Below, piece after piece: positions 11,025 through 21,302 of a stretch of 64,000 nt of DNA. The notes beneath the pieces were generated by a model. It was not told the DNA's origin. It was given only the letters and a program-made list of their open reading frames with translations, and searched no databases. The DNA is from Dehalococcoidia bacterium (GTDB lineage: Bacteria > Chloroflexota > Dehalococcoidia > Plut-88900): assembly GCA_965197585.1 (NCBI GenBank), contig OZ240215.1:2432001-2496000 (forward strand), written 5' to 3'. The translations under genes and the position numbers were made by a program. Numbering within the stretch: the stretch's first letter is position 1; every line of letters begins with the position of its first letter.

Positions 11025-11339
11025 GGTGTTGCTCCCCTTCTAATTCGGCTAGCAGGGACGTTAGAACGCGCTCAGGAATGAAGCGATATTATCACAGATA
11101 GGTGACCTCACAAAAATCCGTGCATCATGCTCTCTGTAATCCCTTCATCCTTCCCCCTAGCACGATGCATGCAGCCATGCTTTGACCAGTGCCGGTATAA
11201 GCAATGTACGTCATAGAACGATAGAGCGCAGTCATCGTTTCGGTTCTCTGGACATGCTCTGGGCCTTACCATAAGCTAAGGTCGGCCCCAATCCACGGGC
11301 CGACAACAGCAACCATAAAACGATTCTCAGGGGGTCAAA

Positions 11340-12356
11340 GTGGCGAAGTACAAGATCGTGGCGCAGGGGCGTCCTAACCTTACTGCCGACTTCACATTCG
11401 AGATGGAAGGGCTGCAGGGCGTTGAAGTCCAGCTAGTGGAAGCTAACGCCGTGTCGGATGAAGAGTTCCTGGAGACTGCCAAAGACGCCGACGCCCTCAT
11501 AGTCAGGGGTATGCCCGTTACGGAGAAGGTGATTAATCGACTGGGAAAGTGCAAAATCATCGCTCTGGGCAGCGTGGGCACCGACATAGTCGACGTTCGG
11601 GCAGCCACGGCCAAGGGCATTCCTGTAACCAACTGCCCCGACACCTTCATCCAGGAGGTGGCCGAGCATACGGCGGTGCTAATCCTGGCAGCTTACCGAC
11701 GGCTCCTGCTCATGGACAAGATGGTCCGAGAGGAGCGCTGGCCTGAGGGACGTCCGACCTTATACCAGTTGCCGCGTTTGTACGGGCAGACCCTGGGATT
11801 AATCTCCTTCGGAAACATCCCCAGGGCCGTTGTGCCATTGATGAAGCCGTTCGGCCTCCGTATCCTCGCCTACGATCCCTTCGTCAAGGAGACCACAATA
11901 CTCCAACATGGCGCGGAGCCGGTTAGCTTAACGGAGCTGCTGCAGCAATCGGATATCGTCTCAAACCATCTCCCCGGGACCGGTGGCACGACCCGGTTGG
12001 TCGGCGAGAAGCAGTTCAGGCTGATGAAGCCCAATGCAATCTTCGTGAACACCGGCAGGGGCACGACCGTGGACGAAGCAGCCATGATACGGGCCCTGGA
12101 CAAAGGTTGGATAGCTCACGCAGCGCTGGATGTTCTGGAAAAGGAACCGCCTGCCCCCGACAACCCCTTGCTCGGCATGGAGAACGTCACACTTACTGCC
12201 CACGTGGCGTCGGCTTCATCCAGATTTGAGGTAGGGTCCAGGCGTCGGGTAGGACGGGAGATCGCACTGGTGTTGGGCGGCCGCTGGCCCCTGTCCTGCG
12301 TGAATCCGTCGGTGCTGGACAACTCGGGACTTCGCAAGTGGCAGCCCTCGCCGTAG
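11340..12356 (+). CDS. D-isomer-specific 2-hydroxyacid dehydrogenase (CtBP-like)
   Basis: 'GLISFGNI', 'VNTGRG', 'AALDVLEKEP', 'LTAHVAS'. Confidence 0.88.
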   Translation: MAKYKIVAQGRPNLTADFTFEMEGLQGVEVQLVEANAVSDEEFLETAKDADALIVRGMPVTEKVINRLGKCKIIALGSVGTDIVDVRAATAKGIPVTNCPDTFIQEVAEHTAVLILAAYRRLLLMDKMVREERWPEGRPTLYQLPRLYGQTLGLISFGNIPRAVVPLMKPFGLRILAYDPFVKETTILQHGAEPVSLTELLQQSDIVSNHLPGTGGTTRLVGEKQFRLMKPNAIFVNTGRGTTVDEAAMIRALDKGWIAHAALDVLEKEPPAPDNPLLGMENVTLTAHVASASSRFEVGSRRRVGREIALVLGGRWPLSCVNPSVLDNSGLRKWQPSP

Positions 12357-12441
12357 TCGACCACTCACACCGCCGATCCGTGAGGCCCGTCAAGGTGTTG
12401 CCCTATAAGGAAGGGGCTTTGGACCCCGAAGAAGGAAAGTC

Positions 12442-12507
12442 ATGAACGTGACGGCCGCCTTCGCCGCAATGCTGAAAATGGAAGGTCGAAAGTCGCGCTT
12501 CCACTAG
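12442..12507 (+). pseudogene. 5' fragment of a gene, resembling the N-terminus of a thiamine-PP-requiring enzyme
   Basis: RBS GAAGGA then MNVTAAFAAMLKMEG-, stop after 21 codons. Confidence 0.35.
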
Positions 12508-12679
12508 CCAACTCCACACCTGTAATCTCAAGCTCCATACTGGCTAAAACACTAGGGTGTAACGGCCCGTAGAAGGCTTAACTACCTCTAGGGCTTCCAA
12601 TTATCCTGGTGTTCAATGGGGTAATCCAGAAGTTCAATCGAGTTGTCCTTGGTGTACCAGCAGAGGAGATGGACCCGGA

Positions 12680-13837
12680 TTGCATCTACCGACTCGTCGG
12701 AGAAATCGCCGTAAATTGTTATTGATACTGCTCCTCTCCGTCCTATCCCTCCTCGCAGTCTTCTATTTCTGTGCAGCTTGGTACTTCTCCGGGATATTGA
12801 AAGATCGTGCGCTTGAGGTGGGGGAATTCGAGCTTCAATACAACCTCACTGCCTCCGCTTTTGGTCAGGGCCTGGTCAGGCTGGAGAACGGCCCCGACAA
12901 AGGGGCGTGGAGGCGTCCCGGCAAGTGGGGACTCAGCTGGGATGGCGGAAGCGGAATGATCGGAGACATCGTCGAGGACGGTGGCCACTTCCTCGTCCGG
13001 CAATTCACGATTGGAGATGGAGATCCCCCGAACTCCACCCCAGCCTTCGTGTCGGGCAGCATCTACCCGAACGATCCTTTCCTCGCATTTGGCATCGAGT
13101 ACGAAAATGTTCAATACGAGACCCCGTTGGGATCTCAGGACGCATGGCGGTTTGAAGGAAAACACGACACATGGGCAATTTTTGTCCACGGGCATCGCGG
13201 AACTCTGGGAGACGGCCTGCCCTCATTGCCTGTGCTGCATGACCTCGGTTTCCCGGCCCTATACATCACCTACCGTAACGACAAAGGACAACCCCAGGAC
13301 CCAAGCGGCTTCTACCAGTTCGGCCTGACTGAATGGCAAGACCTCCAAGCTGCAGTGGAGTACGCCCTGTCTCAGCCGGGCGCCAGGAACGTTGTCTTGA
13401 TTGGCCACAGCATGGGCGGCAGCATAATCGTGAATTTCCTTTACAAGTCACCGTTGGCCGATTCGGTGACTGGTATTGTAATCGACTCTCCCATGATGGA
13501 CTTCAAAGCGCCTGTGGACAGTGGAGCTCGTAAACGCCATCTGCCTGGTTTCGTGACAGCTGCCGGGAAATGGATGACCACGCTCCGGTTCGGCTTGGAC
13601 TGGGACGCCATGGACTACCTGAATAATGCAGACCGGCTCAACGTGCCTATCCTGCTGATTCACGGAGAGAACGACACCTACGTGCCTATCGAGACAAGCA
13701 ACAAGCTGGCTGAACTACGTCCTGATCTAGTTACTTACAGTGTCTATCCGGACGCCACTCACACCAACTCATGGAACGTTGACTCCGCGCGCTACGAGCG
13801 AGAGCTCAGAGAGTTTCTCCTCAGGGTCATAAAGTAA
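12680..13837 (+). CDS. membrane-anchored/secreted alpha/beta hydrolase
   Basis: N-terminal TM helix, 'VHG', nucleophile elbow GHSMG, 'HGEND', 'ATH'. Confidence 0.85.
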   Translation: MHLPTRRRNRRKLLLILLLSVLSLLAVFYFCAAWYFSGILKDRALEVGEFELQYNLTASAFGQGLVRLENGPDKGAWRRPGKWGLSWDGGSGMIGDIVEDGGHFLVRQFTIGDGDPPNSTPAFVSGSIYPNDPFLAFGIEYENVQYETPLGSQDAWRFEGKHDTWAIFVHGHRGTLGDGLPSLPVLHDLGFPALYITYRNDKGQPQDPSGFYQFGLTEWQDLQAAVEYALSQPGARNVVLIGHSMGGSIIVNFLYKSPLADSVTGIVIDSPMMDFKAPVDSGARKRHLPGFVTAAGKWMTTLRFGLDWDAMDYLNNADRLNVPILLIHGENDTYVPIETSNKLAELRPDLVTYSVYPDATHTNSWNVDSARYERELREFLLRVIK

Positions 13838-14037
13838 GACTGGTGAGAATTCAGACTTTCGGCTCCAGCCATATGCCTCGCCACGACTAGTGCCACGGAT
13901 CCGGCATCTAATACCTCGTCGAGACCCCTAGAACCTTACTCCTTCCCCCCATTTGCCTATTCTGCCCCGTGCACTGGTAAACTGGTATGTAACGGCATCC
14001 CACCCCACCCCAAGTCCCCCGCCACAAATAACAAACC

Positions 14038-15033
14038 ATGCCACCGCTCCTACAGGTCAAAAACCTTAAGACCTACTTCTACACCGAGGACGGTGTGGTC
14101 AAGGCCGTCGACGGCATCTCCTACTCTCTCCGAGCCGGGGAAACAATGGGCCTTGTCGGCGAGAGCGGGTGCGGCAAGACCGTCAGCGCTCTCTCCCTGA
14201 TGCGCCTCATCCCTTCACCCCCGGGCGAGATCGTCGAAGGTGAGATCCTTCTCGACGGCCAAGACCTGCTCAAGCTCAGCAACGACCAGATGAGACGCCG
14301 GCGCGGCAAGGACATCGCCATTATCTTCCAGGAGCCCATGACCTCCCTCAACCCAGTCCTCACCATCGGCCGTCAAATGACCGAGGCCCTCGAAATGCAC
14401 CTCGGCCTCTCCGGAAGAGCCGCCAACACCCGCGCCGGTGAGCTCCTCGAAGAGGTCGGTTTAGCCGACCCCGGACGTAGGCTCGACGACTACCCCCACC
14501 GAATGAGCGGCGGTATGAGACAACGAGTCATGGTAGCCATGGCCCTCAGCTGCGAGCCCAAGGTCCTCCTCGCCGACGAACCCACCACCGCCGTAGATGT
14601 CACCATCCAGGCCCAGCTCCTCGAGCTCATCAGCCGACTCTCCAAGGAGCGCGGCACCGCCGTAGTTATCATCACGCACAACCTCGGCGTCGTGGCCCGT
14701 TACGCCGATTCTGTCAACGTCATGTACGCCGGCAGAATCGTCGAAAGTTCCTCTGCTCACAACGTCTACGGGACCCCCCGACACCCCTACACCCTCGGCC
14801 TCCTCGCCTCCGTCCCCCGCCTCGACGAGTCCATCAGGGAGCAACTCGTTCCCATCGAGGGCGCACCCCCCGACCTCGCCCACCGACCTGCGGGATGCTC
14901 ATTCCGCCCACGATGCGCCTTTGCAATCGACGCTTGCGCACACACTGATCCGCTCCTGGAGCTAAAGCGGCCCGGACACTCAGCAGCATGCCTAGTAGAC
15001 GTCACCCGTCGCACACCGGAGCCCGTCTTATGA
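14038..15033 (+). CDS. oppD: oligopeptide ABC transporter ATP-binding protein
   Basis: GESGCGKT, '[12 protein letters not shown]', 'DEPTTA', HPYT, Cys tail. Confidence 0.9.
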   Translation: MPPLLQVKNLKTYFYTEDGVVKAVDGISYSLRAGETMGLVGESGCGKTVSALSLMRLIPSPPGEIVEGEILLDGQDLLKLSNDQMRRRRGKDIAIIFQEPMTSLNPVLTIGRQMTEALEMHLGLSGRAANTRAGELLEEVGLADPGRRLDDYPHRMSGGMRQRVMVAMALSCEPKVLLADEPTTAVDVTIQAQLLELISRLSKERGTAVVIITHNLGVVARYADSVNVMYAGRIVESSSAHNVYGTPRHPYTLGLLASVPRLDESIREQLVPIEGAPPDLAHRPAGCSFRPRCAFAIDACAHTDPLLELKRPGHSAACLVDVTRRTPEPVL

Positions 15034-16016
15034 TGATTTCCGACCCCTACGTCCTCCTCGACGTCCGTGGCCTGCAGATGCACTTCCCCGTAAGCAAGGG
15101 CGTCATATTCCAGTCCAAGGTGGGCGAAATCAAGGCCGTCGACGGCGTGTCCTTCCAGATCATGCGCGGCGAAACTCTCGGCCTCGTCGGCGAAAGCGGC
15201 TGTGGCAAGACTACCATCGGCAGGTGCATCCTCCAGCTCCTCAGGCCCACCGGCGGTGAAGTCCGCTTCCGGGGCGAGGACCTTACACAGCTCTCCGGCA
15301 AGGAAATGCGTCCCCTCAGGAAAGAGCTTCAGGTCATCTTCCAGGACCCCTACGGCTCCTTGAATCCCCGCATGACCGTCGGTTCCATAGTAGAAGAGCC
15401 ACTCATCATCCACAAGATTGGCGACCGCAACGAGCGAAAGAACAGGGTGCAGGAGCTGTTCGAGGTCGTGGGCCTCAATCCCAACATGATGGACCGCTAC
15501 CCCTACGAGTTCAGCGGCGGCCAGCGCCAGAGGATCGGCATTGCACGAGCCCTTGCCGTGAACCCGACCTTCATAGTCTGTGACGAGCCCGTCTCCGCTC
15601 TCGACGTTTCCATTCAGGCTCAGGTAATCAACCTGCTCCGCTCCCTCCAGGAGCGCTTCGACCTCACCTACCTCTTCATCGCCCACGACCTGTCTGTCGT
15701 GAGGCACATCTCCGACAGGGTCGCGGTGATGTACCTGGGCAAGATCGTCGAGATAACAGGCAGGGACGAGCTCTACCGAGACCCAAAGCACCCCTACACC
15801 CGAGCTCTTCTCTCCGCCGTCCCCATCCCCGACCCCGTAGTCGAGGCCTCCCGCGAGCGAATTATCCTCACCGGCGACGTACCCAGCCCCATCGACCCCC
15901 CAAAAGGCTGCTCCTTCCACCCCCGTTGCCCATTCGCCATGGACGTCTGCCGGGAAATCACCCCCGTCCTAAAGAAGACCACTCAGGGCCACTCCGTAGC
16001 CTGCCACCTCTATTGA
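15030..16016 (+). CDS. oppF: oligopeptide ABC transporter ATP-binding protein
   Basis: GESGCGKT, '[13 protein letters not shown]', 'CDEPVSALD'; ATGA overlap with oppD stop. Confidence 0.9.
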   Translation: MMISDPYVLLDVRGLQMHFPVSKGVIFQSKVGEIKAVDGVSFQIMRGETLGLVGESGCGKTTIGRCILQLLRPTGGEVRFRGEDLTQLSGKEMRPLRKELQVIFQDPYGSLNPRMTVGSIVEEPLIIHKIGDRNERKNRVQELFEVVGLNPNMMDRYPYEFSGGQRQRIGIARALAVNPTFIVCDEPVSALDVSIQAQVINLLRSLQERFDLTYLFIAHDLSVVRHISDRVAVMYLGKIVEITGRDELYRDPKHPYTRALLSAVPIPDPVVEASRERIILTGDVPSPIDPPKGCSFHPRCPFAMDVCREITPVLKKTTQGHSVACHLY

Positions 16017-16048
16017 TTTCCTACTCCGCTTCTTTCTTACTGGCAAAT

Positions 16049-16083
16049 GATAAGGGGCTGGCATTGAATGCCAACCCCTTATT
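16049..16083. terminator. hairpin between convergent oppF and amidohydrolase
   Basis: ataagggg-ctggcatt-g-aatgccaa-ccccttat. Confidence 0.55.
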
Positions 16084-16124
16084 CTTGACGTTGGAGATGA
16101 GCGGAAGAAAATCCCTTAAATCCC

Positions 16125-17264
16125 CTACACCTGCAACCCGTACAACCCTATCGCATTCTCCCCCGCCACCTTCCTCTGGTCCTCCTCCGGCAGCGCTGAC
16201 AGCGTCTTCTTCAGGTTGATCACCGGGTCCAGCGGTGAGTCCGAGTGCGGGTAGTCATACGCCCACATCACCTTGTTAGCTCCCAGCAGCCCGATTATCA
16301 CCGCCCCGATCTCATCATCCGGGTCCATGTCTATCCACCCCTGCCGGTAGAAATAGTAGCTGGGCTTCTCAGTCATCGCCGTCGTAAATCCCAGCACCTC
16401 GAACTTCTCGTCCATCCGTTGCAGCAGCCACGGCATCCACCCGCACCCCGACTCCAATACCAACACCTTCAACTCAGGAAATCGGTCGAACGCCGACTCC
16501 TGGAAGAAGCTCATATATCCCAGCGGCAGGTCCACACCGTTGGTCGCGAATGTCCACCAGCTGGGCATCCTGAACTCGGGATACAGAATGTTCCCCCCGC
16601 TCGTCCCCCCGGAGGATGGATGCAGACTCAAGGGCACTCCCTGCTCCTGGAACTCGGCCCACAGGGGGTCCCAGTAACTCCGTCCGTAGGCCACGTCCCC
16701 GGGCGGCAACGAAGGCACCATCACCGCCCGGGACCCCTGCCCCGACGTCCTCTTGAGCTCCTTCACACTCTCCCCCACGTTGGTCCAGGGCAGCAGAACG
16801 CACGGGTACAGCCTTCCGGATTGAGCGTTGCAGAAATCGATTATCCAATCGTTATAGACGCGGCAATAAGCCGCCGCCAGTCCCGGGTCTTCCGTCGTAC
16901 CCATCCAGGACAACCCCAGGGACGGAAACAGGAATGATGCGTCAATCCCTTCCTGGTCCATTAGCTTCACCCGCTCGCCCGGGTCGCACGCCCCGGGCGC
17001 CATGGCCCGACCATCGTCGTAGCTCACGTCGTGCTTCTCAAAAATATGCTCTTTACGCCACTCAGCACTTTTCCCGATAGTAGCCAGGTTCGCAGAGGTA
17101 GACTTGACCAGCTTACCGTGCACCTGCCCGTCTATGACCCAGTAGTCCAGCCCTTCCTCGTCCTTCTTGAACTGCATCGCCCGGTCCCGATACTCGGGCT
17201 CCAGGTTTTCCTTCCACAGGTTGGGGGGTTCCAGGATGTGGCCGTCTATATCCACGAACTTCAT
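16125..17264 (-). CDS. amidohydrolase-2 family protein
   Basis: 'VDIDGH..EP', 'FPS', 'YNDW', 'LESGCGW', 'WAYDYPHSD'; RBS AAGGAGG before ATG 17264. Confidence 0.9.
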   Translation of the reverse strand: MKFVDIDGHILEPPNLWKENLEPEYRDRAMQFKKDEEGLDYWVIDGQVHGKLVKSTSANLATIGKSAEWRKEHIFEKHDVSYDDGRAMAPGACDPGERVKLMDQEGIDASFLFPSLGLSWMGTTEDPGLAAAYCRVYNDWIIDFCNAQSGRLYPCVLLPWTNVGESVKELKRTSGQGSRAVMVPSLPPGDVAYGRSYWDPLWAEFQEQGVPLSLHPSSGGTSGGNILYPEFRMPSWWTFATNGVDLPLGYMSFFQESAFDRFPELKVLVLESGCGWMPWLLQRMDEKFEVLGFTTAMTEKPSYYFYRQGWIDMDPDDEIGAVIIGLLGANKVMWAYDYPHSDSPLDPVINLKKTLSALPEEDQRKVAGENAIGLYGLQV

Positions 17265-17406
17265 TACGGGCCCTCCTTGCAGGTGCCTTTGCCAGTCGAG
17301 ATTATTGGACATGATACCACCCGTACGCGAAAGGACGCGCCCGAAGACGCGCCCTTGATTGATGCGAAGGAGACTCTAACTAAAGAGCCGAGTATTCTCT
17401 ATGAAA

Positions 17407-17482
17407 TGGTGCCCCTGGGGTGACTCGAACACCCGACACACGGTTTAGGAAACCGTTGCTCTATCCTCTGAGCTACAGGGGC
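17407..17482 (-). tRNA. tRNA-Arg(CCT)
   Basis: GCCCCTG/CAGGGGC acceptor stem, D-arm TAGCTCAGAGGATAGAGC, anticodon loop TT-CCT-AA, T-loop GTTCGAGT, encoded CCA; 76 nt. Confidence 0.97.
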
Positions 17483-17544
17483 ACGGCAGGCATTATAAAG
17501 CCAAAACCCCCGGCTTGCCTCGTCTTCATAGTGTGCTTTATTCC

Positions 17545-17895
17545 CTAGTCGACCGGTTCTTCCTGAGTTGCATAAGAAGAAGCGTGCTCTGCGATAGAAT
17601 CCAGCCTGTCGCCCAAACGGTCCTCGGCCATATCCAGGTCATACTGGCTCTGCAGTCCCATCCAGAACTCCCTGGAGTTACCAAAGAAGCGTGAAAGCAG
17701 GAGAGCGGTCTCGGCGGTTATGGAACGCTCACCGTGAACGATCGCATGAATCCGCCTCGGGTCCACGCCGATACTCTTGGCCAGGCGGTACTGGCTTATG
17801 TTCATCGGCAGCAGGAATTCCTCGTTCAGGATTTCCCCTGGATGGATAGGCGCTAGCTTCCTCTCGGATGCCTCCTTGGCGTATGTGGTCAACAT
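17545..17895 (-). CDS. higA: HigA family antitoxin (HTH)
   Basis: 'PIHPGEIL.EEFL', 'SQYRLA', 'ITAETAL', 'FWMGLQSQYDL'; RBS AAGGAGG before ATG 17895. Confidence 0.9.
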   Translation of the reverse strand: MLTTYAKEASERKLAPIHPGEILNEEFLLPMNISQYRLAKSIGVDPRRIHAIVHGERSITAETALLLSRFFGNSREFWMGLQSQYDLDMAEDRLGDRLDSIAEHASSYATQEEPVD

Positions 17896-17918
17896 ACCCT
17901 CCTTAACGGTCGCTCCAT

Positions 17919-18200
17919 TCAATGATAATCGACTATGTCCACTTGATAGGCGTCATCTCCACTCCAAACAAAGCAGATGCGCCATTTGTCGTTTATCCGA
18001 ATGCTGTGCTGCCCCGACCTATCACCGACCAGCGCTTCCAAACGATTTCCCGGCGGCACTCTTAGGTCGTTAAGGTCCGCCGCATTGTTCAGCATCATCA
18101 GTTTCCGCTGAGCTCGGCGCTGGATATCTATCGGAAACTTCCTGACGCGCTGGCGCTCCGCTATGGCCTGAGTAGTTCTGTCGCGGAAGCTTCTGATCAC
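17919..18200 (-). CDS. higB: HigB (RelE/ParE-fold) toxin
   Basis: 'MIRSF', 'DLRVPPGNRLEAL.GDR.GQHSIRINDKWRICF.W', 'IVDYH'; toxin-first gene order. Confidence 0.92.
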   Translation of the reverse strand: MIRSFRDRTTQAIAERQRVRKFPIDIQRRAQRKLMMLNNAADLNDLRVPPGNRLEALVGDRSGQHSIRINDKWRICFVWSGDDAYQVDIVDYH

Positions 18201-18208
18201 CTACGGTA

Positions 18209-18236
18209 ATAATAGCACAATGCGCTAATAGTGCAA
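18209..18236 (-). promoter_or_regulatory. higBA promoter with imperfect palindromic operator
   Basis: minus strand TTGCAC-16 nt-TATTAT, 8 nt before GTG; overlapping TATTAGC..GCTATTA near-palindrome. Confidence 0.5.
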
Positions 18237-18301
18237 TGAGCTATGTACCGGAGGTCAGTTTCACCCAAACAAGCCCTACCCCACGCACACAGGCCCTAGA
18301 A

Positions 18302-19051
18302 TCAGTTCATGAGCGGCGCAACACTGAATATCACCGAGAAGGGTTTGCAATAGATAATGACGCTCATCTGCGCATTAACGTTTACGCTGGCGGGCACCGG
18401 GTAGTTCTGGTTACCTATGTTCCCTTTCAGCCTGCCCAAGTCGTGATAGCCGTTGTCCTTGATGTCGCTAACCCTCATCGGGTCCTCGTGGACTGCCAGC
18501 AGAACATGCAGCCTGGGCCCGTTGGTCACGTTCAAGTCCTCTAGCCTGAGCAGATGGCTGCCATCCGGGGCCTCGTAGATGATCGCCGTGCCGCTCCCCC
18601 GGTGAAGGCTGTCGGCGTCTCTGAAGTTTCCAGCCTTCAGCATGACCGCCTCCCCACCTTCTTCCTCCTCCTCAATCATCATCTCGGGCATCGCCTCCAT
18701 CATTGGCTCATCATCCATACCCGCTACGACGGCCATCGTCATTTCGATGTCTTCCATTTCCATGTCGGCAGGCACGACCGCCGTGTAAGCGAATGGGAAC
18801 TCCTCCTCCACCGTCTCGTTGATGAACAGCGGCGACCCCAAGCCCCAGGCCAGGAATCCGAACACTATCAGCAACGGAGTCCCGATGATCGCCGCCAGCC
18901 GACGCCTTCTCCACACCGCCAAGTGCAGCTGTCGTTTGTAAGCGTAGTACGTCGCCGCTGCGCCTATGACAAGGATCGCTGCCAAGATAGGCCAGCGCCA
19001 CGGGTACAGGTCTGCCGCGATACGTTCCAGGGTCCCAAAGAATTCCGCCAT
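18302..19051 (-). CDS. membrane-anchored DM13 domain protein
   Basis: two TM helices; 'H.GSGTA', 'VTNGPRLHVLL', 'LGRLKGNIGNQNY', 'IYCKPFSVIF'. Confidence 0.88.
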   Translation of the reverse strand: MAEFFGTLERIAADLYPWRWPILAAILVIGAAATYYAYKRQLHLAVWRRRRLAAIIGTPLLIVFGFLAWGLGSPLFINETVEEEFPFAYTAVVPADMEMEDIEMTMAVVAGMDDEPMMEAMPEMMIEEEEEGGEAVMLKAGNFRDADSLHRGSGTAIIYEAPDGSHLLRLEDLNVTNGPRLHVLLAVHEDPMRVSDIKDNGYHDLGRLKGNIGNQNYPVPASVNVNAQMSVIIYCKPFSVIFSVAPLMN

Positions 19052-19170
19052 GTCACCACTCCTCCATACTAGTTATGGGCCCCGGCACGAGACCTTTTAT
19101 GGCCTCGTACCTAATTCGTCAATTCGAACAGTGTGGGCATCAGGCGTGAACGCCCGATCCCAAGGCAGTT

Positions 19171-19833
19171 CTACTTGGTAGCCCCCCACTCGTTCCAGTA
19201 GATCATATTACGGGCTGGCAGCCGCTTGGCGGGCCTGAAGTCATCACCCGTGTAGTACGCCACCGGGAGAAGCGCTGCCTGAGTCACGTTCTCCGGGATA
19301 CCCAGCAGTTCCGCAACTTCTTTCTCATTTGGAAGGTGCAGGGTTGTCCATGCGGCCCCCAACCCCCGAGCCCTTAGCGCCAGCATCAGGGACCACGCCG
19401 CAGGCAAAATCGAGCCGTACAGGCTGGCCTGTGCCGTCACACCATCGTTCTCCACTCGGCCGTCGCAGCACGCCAGCACCAACGCCGGGGCCCGATGCAT
19501 ATTTTCTGCCAGATGCGTCGCCGAGTCCCTGATCAGGCCTCCCCGTTGCGCCCTGGGATCATCAGCCTCGTACTTGGGCGGGTCCTCGTCCCTCATCGCT
19601 CTGTAGGGGTAATACCCTCTTTTGTAACAGTCCCCCACTATCTTCTTTTTCTCAGGGTCCGTGACCACCATGAAATGCCAATGCTGCTGGTTGGATCCCG
19701 TGGGCGCCTGCATCGCAATCTCGATGCACTTCTCCAGTACCTCCGGTTCCACCTCCCTGTCGAAATCCAGCCTCTTCCGCACAGTCCTCGTAGTAGTCAA
19801 CAGCTTATCTACAACTGCAATGTCTATGTCCAA
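19171..19833 (-). CDS. nitroreductase family protein
   Basis: 'LLTTTRTVRKRLD', 'QAPTGSN.Q.W.F', 'LALRARGLG.AWTTLH'. Confidence 0.9.
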   Translation of the reverse strand: MDIDIAVVDKLLTTTRTVRKRLDFDREVEPEVLEKCIEIAMQAPTGSNQQHWHFMVVTDPEKKKIVGDCYKRGYYPYRAMRDEDPPKYEADDPRAQRGGLIRDSATHLAENMHRAPALVLACCDGRVENDGVTAQASLYGSILPAAWSLMLALRARGLGAAWTTLHLPNEKEVAELLGIPENVTQAALLPVAYYTGDDFRPAKRLPARNMIYWNEWGATK

Positions 19834-20015
19834 CTTCCTGCCTCCGATATTTCAGGTTAGCAGGGGCTAAAGCCCCTTAAATAAAATCTAGCACATCTCT
19901 CCCTTCCCGTCTCCCATTCCTGCATCTTTCCCCGGTTGAGCAGGGGGGCATCCCTCCCCTCTCTGCTATAATCGCACCATCCCCGACTGTGGCGCGATCG
20001 TAAAGGAGGCCCGAC

Positions 20016-21263
20016 TTGACTCCACCCGCTCAGACTCACGAAAAAGACCTTGTTGGCACCCAGGTAGTCGACTTCGAATCGAGGGTCGACATCAAGAGCC
20101 TCCGCCAGGACCGGCTCCAAAGACTCCAGTCCGAGATGGCCGCCGCCGACCTCGAAGCCCTCCTTCTATTCGACCCAGTCAATATCCGCTACGCCATCGG
20201 CTCCCGGCTCAACGAGACTTTCGGCCTCCGCTTCAAGGGCGCCCACGCCTTGATCCCCCAGGAAGGGCGTCCCATTTTCTTCGACTCCAACGAGCTCCAC
20301 GCGCAGCTCTTCTCCCAGGACGCGGAAGTCATGCCCGCCGTCGGTGTCGAATTCTGGATGACGGGCGACTACACCCGTGACAACACCCTCAGATGGGCTC
20401 AGGTACTCAGAGATGCCCTCAACTCTCTCGGCATCTCTTCCAGCCGACTCGGCATCGATAGACTTGACGCCTTCACCATCAACGCGCTTCTGGACCGCGA
20501 GTTCACCTTGGCCGACGGTCTGGAACCCCTATCCCGCGCCCGCTCCATAAAGACCCCCGACGAAATCTCCTTAATCCGCCAGTCCTGCGCCATCGCCGAC
20601 GTCGGCCTCGCCAAGGTTCAGGAGGCCATCAAGCCCGGCGTCACCGAGAACGACCTCTTCGCCCTTCTCTTGCACTACAACGTCTCCAGGGGCGGCGAGC
20701 GCATCGACGGCAAGCTACTTACCGCAGGTGGCAACACTAACCCCTGGATCAAGCGCGACGCCTCCGACCGCCTCGTCATGCCCGGTAATTTCGTCGCCAT
20801 AGACACCGACATGGCCGGGCCCCTCGGCTATTTCGCCGATATCTCCCGAACCTACCTCTGCGGCGACGTACAGCCAAACGAGGAGCAGATGGACGCCTAC
20901 AAGCGTGCCTACGACTACATCTACTCCACCATCCCCTATTTCGTGCCCGGTGCATCCTTCGCAGAGGTCGCCGAGAAGGCGCCCACCATCCCCCCCGAGT
21001 ACAACCGCAACCGCTACCCCCTCATGGCCCACGGCGCAGGCATGTCCGACGAATGGCCCGCCATCTACTTCAAGGACCCCCGCCCCGACGAACCCTCCAA
21101 CTACTCCGGCGAGATCAAGGAAAACATGGTGATCTGCATGGAGGCCAGCTTCGGCAGGGAGGACGGACTGCAGCAGGTCAAGCTGGAAGAGCAGCTTCTC
21201 ATCAAGGCGGACGGGCCCGAGATTATCTCCCAGGCCCCCTTCGACTGGCGCTTTATGGACTAA
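20016..21263 (+). CDS. M24 (Xaa-Pro peptidase fold) protein, DddP-like
   Basis: 'DTD...GY.ADISRT', 'HGAGMSDEWP', 'CME', 'KLEEQ'; RBS AAGGAGG, TTG start, TGcTATAAT at 19964-19972. Confidence 0.88.
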   Translation: MTPPAQTHEKDLVGTQVVDFESRVDIKSLRQDRLQRLQSEMAAADLEALLLFDPVNIRYAIGSRLNETFGLRFKGAHALIPQEGRPIFFDSNELHAQLFSQDAEVMPAVGVEFWMTGDYTRDNTLRWAQVLRDALNSLGISSSRLGIDRLDAFTINALLDREFTLADGLEPLSRARSIKTPDEISLIRQSCAIADVGLAKVQEAIKPGVTENDLFALLLHYNVSRGGERIDGKLLTAGGNTNPWIKRDASDRLVMPGNFVAIDTDMAGPLGYFADISRTYLCGDVQPNEEQMDAYKRAYDYIYSTIPYFVPGASFAEVAEKAPTIPPEYNRNRYPLMAHGAGMSDEWPAIYFKDPRPDEPSNYSGEIKENMVICMEASFGREDGLQQVKLEEQLLIKADGPEIISQAPFDWRFMD

Positions 21264-21302
21264 GCTCATGACTCCCGAAAGCCCGACCCCCGGAGGCTAA
21301 TC

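Noticed and set aside
17407-18240. Integrative island at tRNA-Arg carrying higBA
   Set aside because: higBA lies on the tRNA 5' side; no integrase or duplicated tRNA 3' end found
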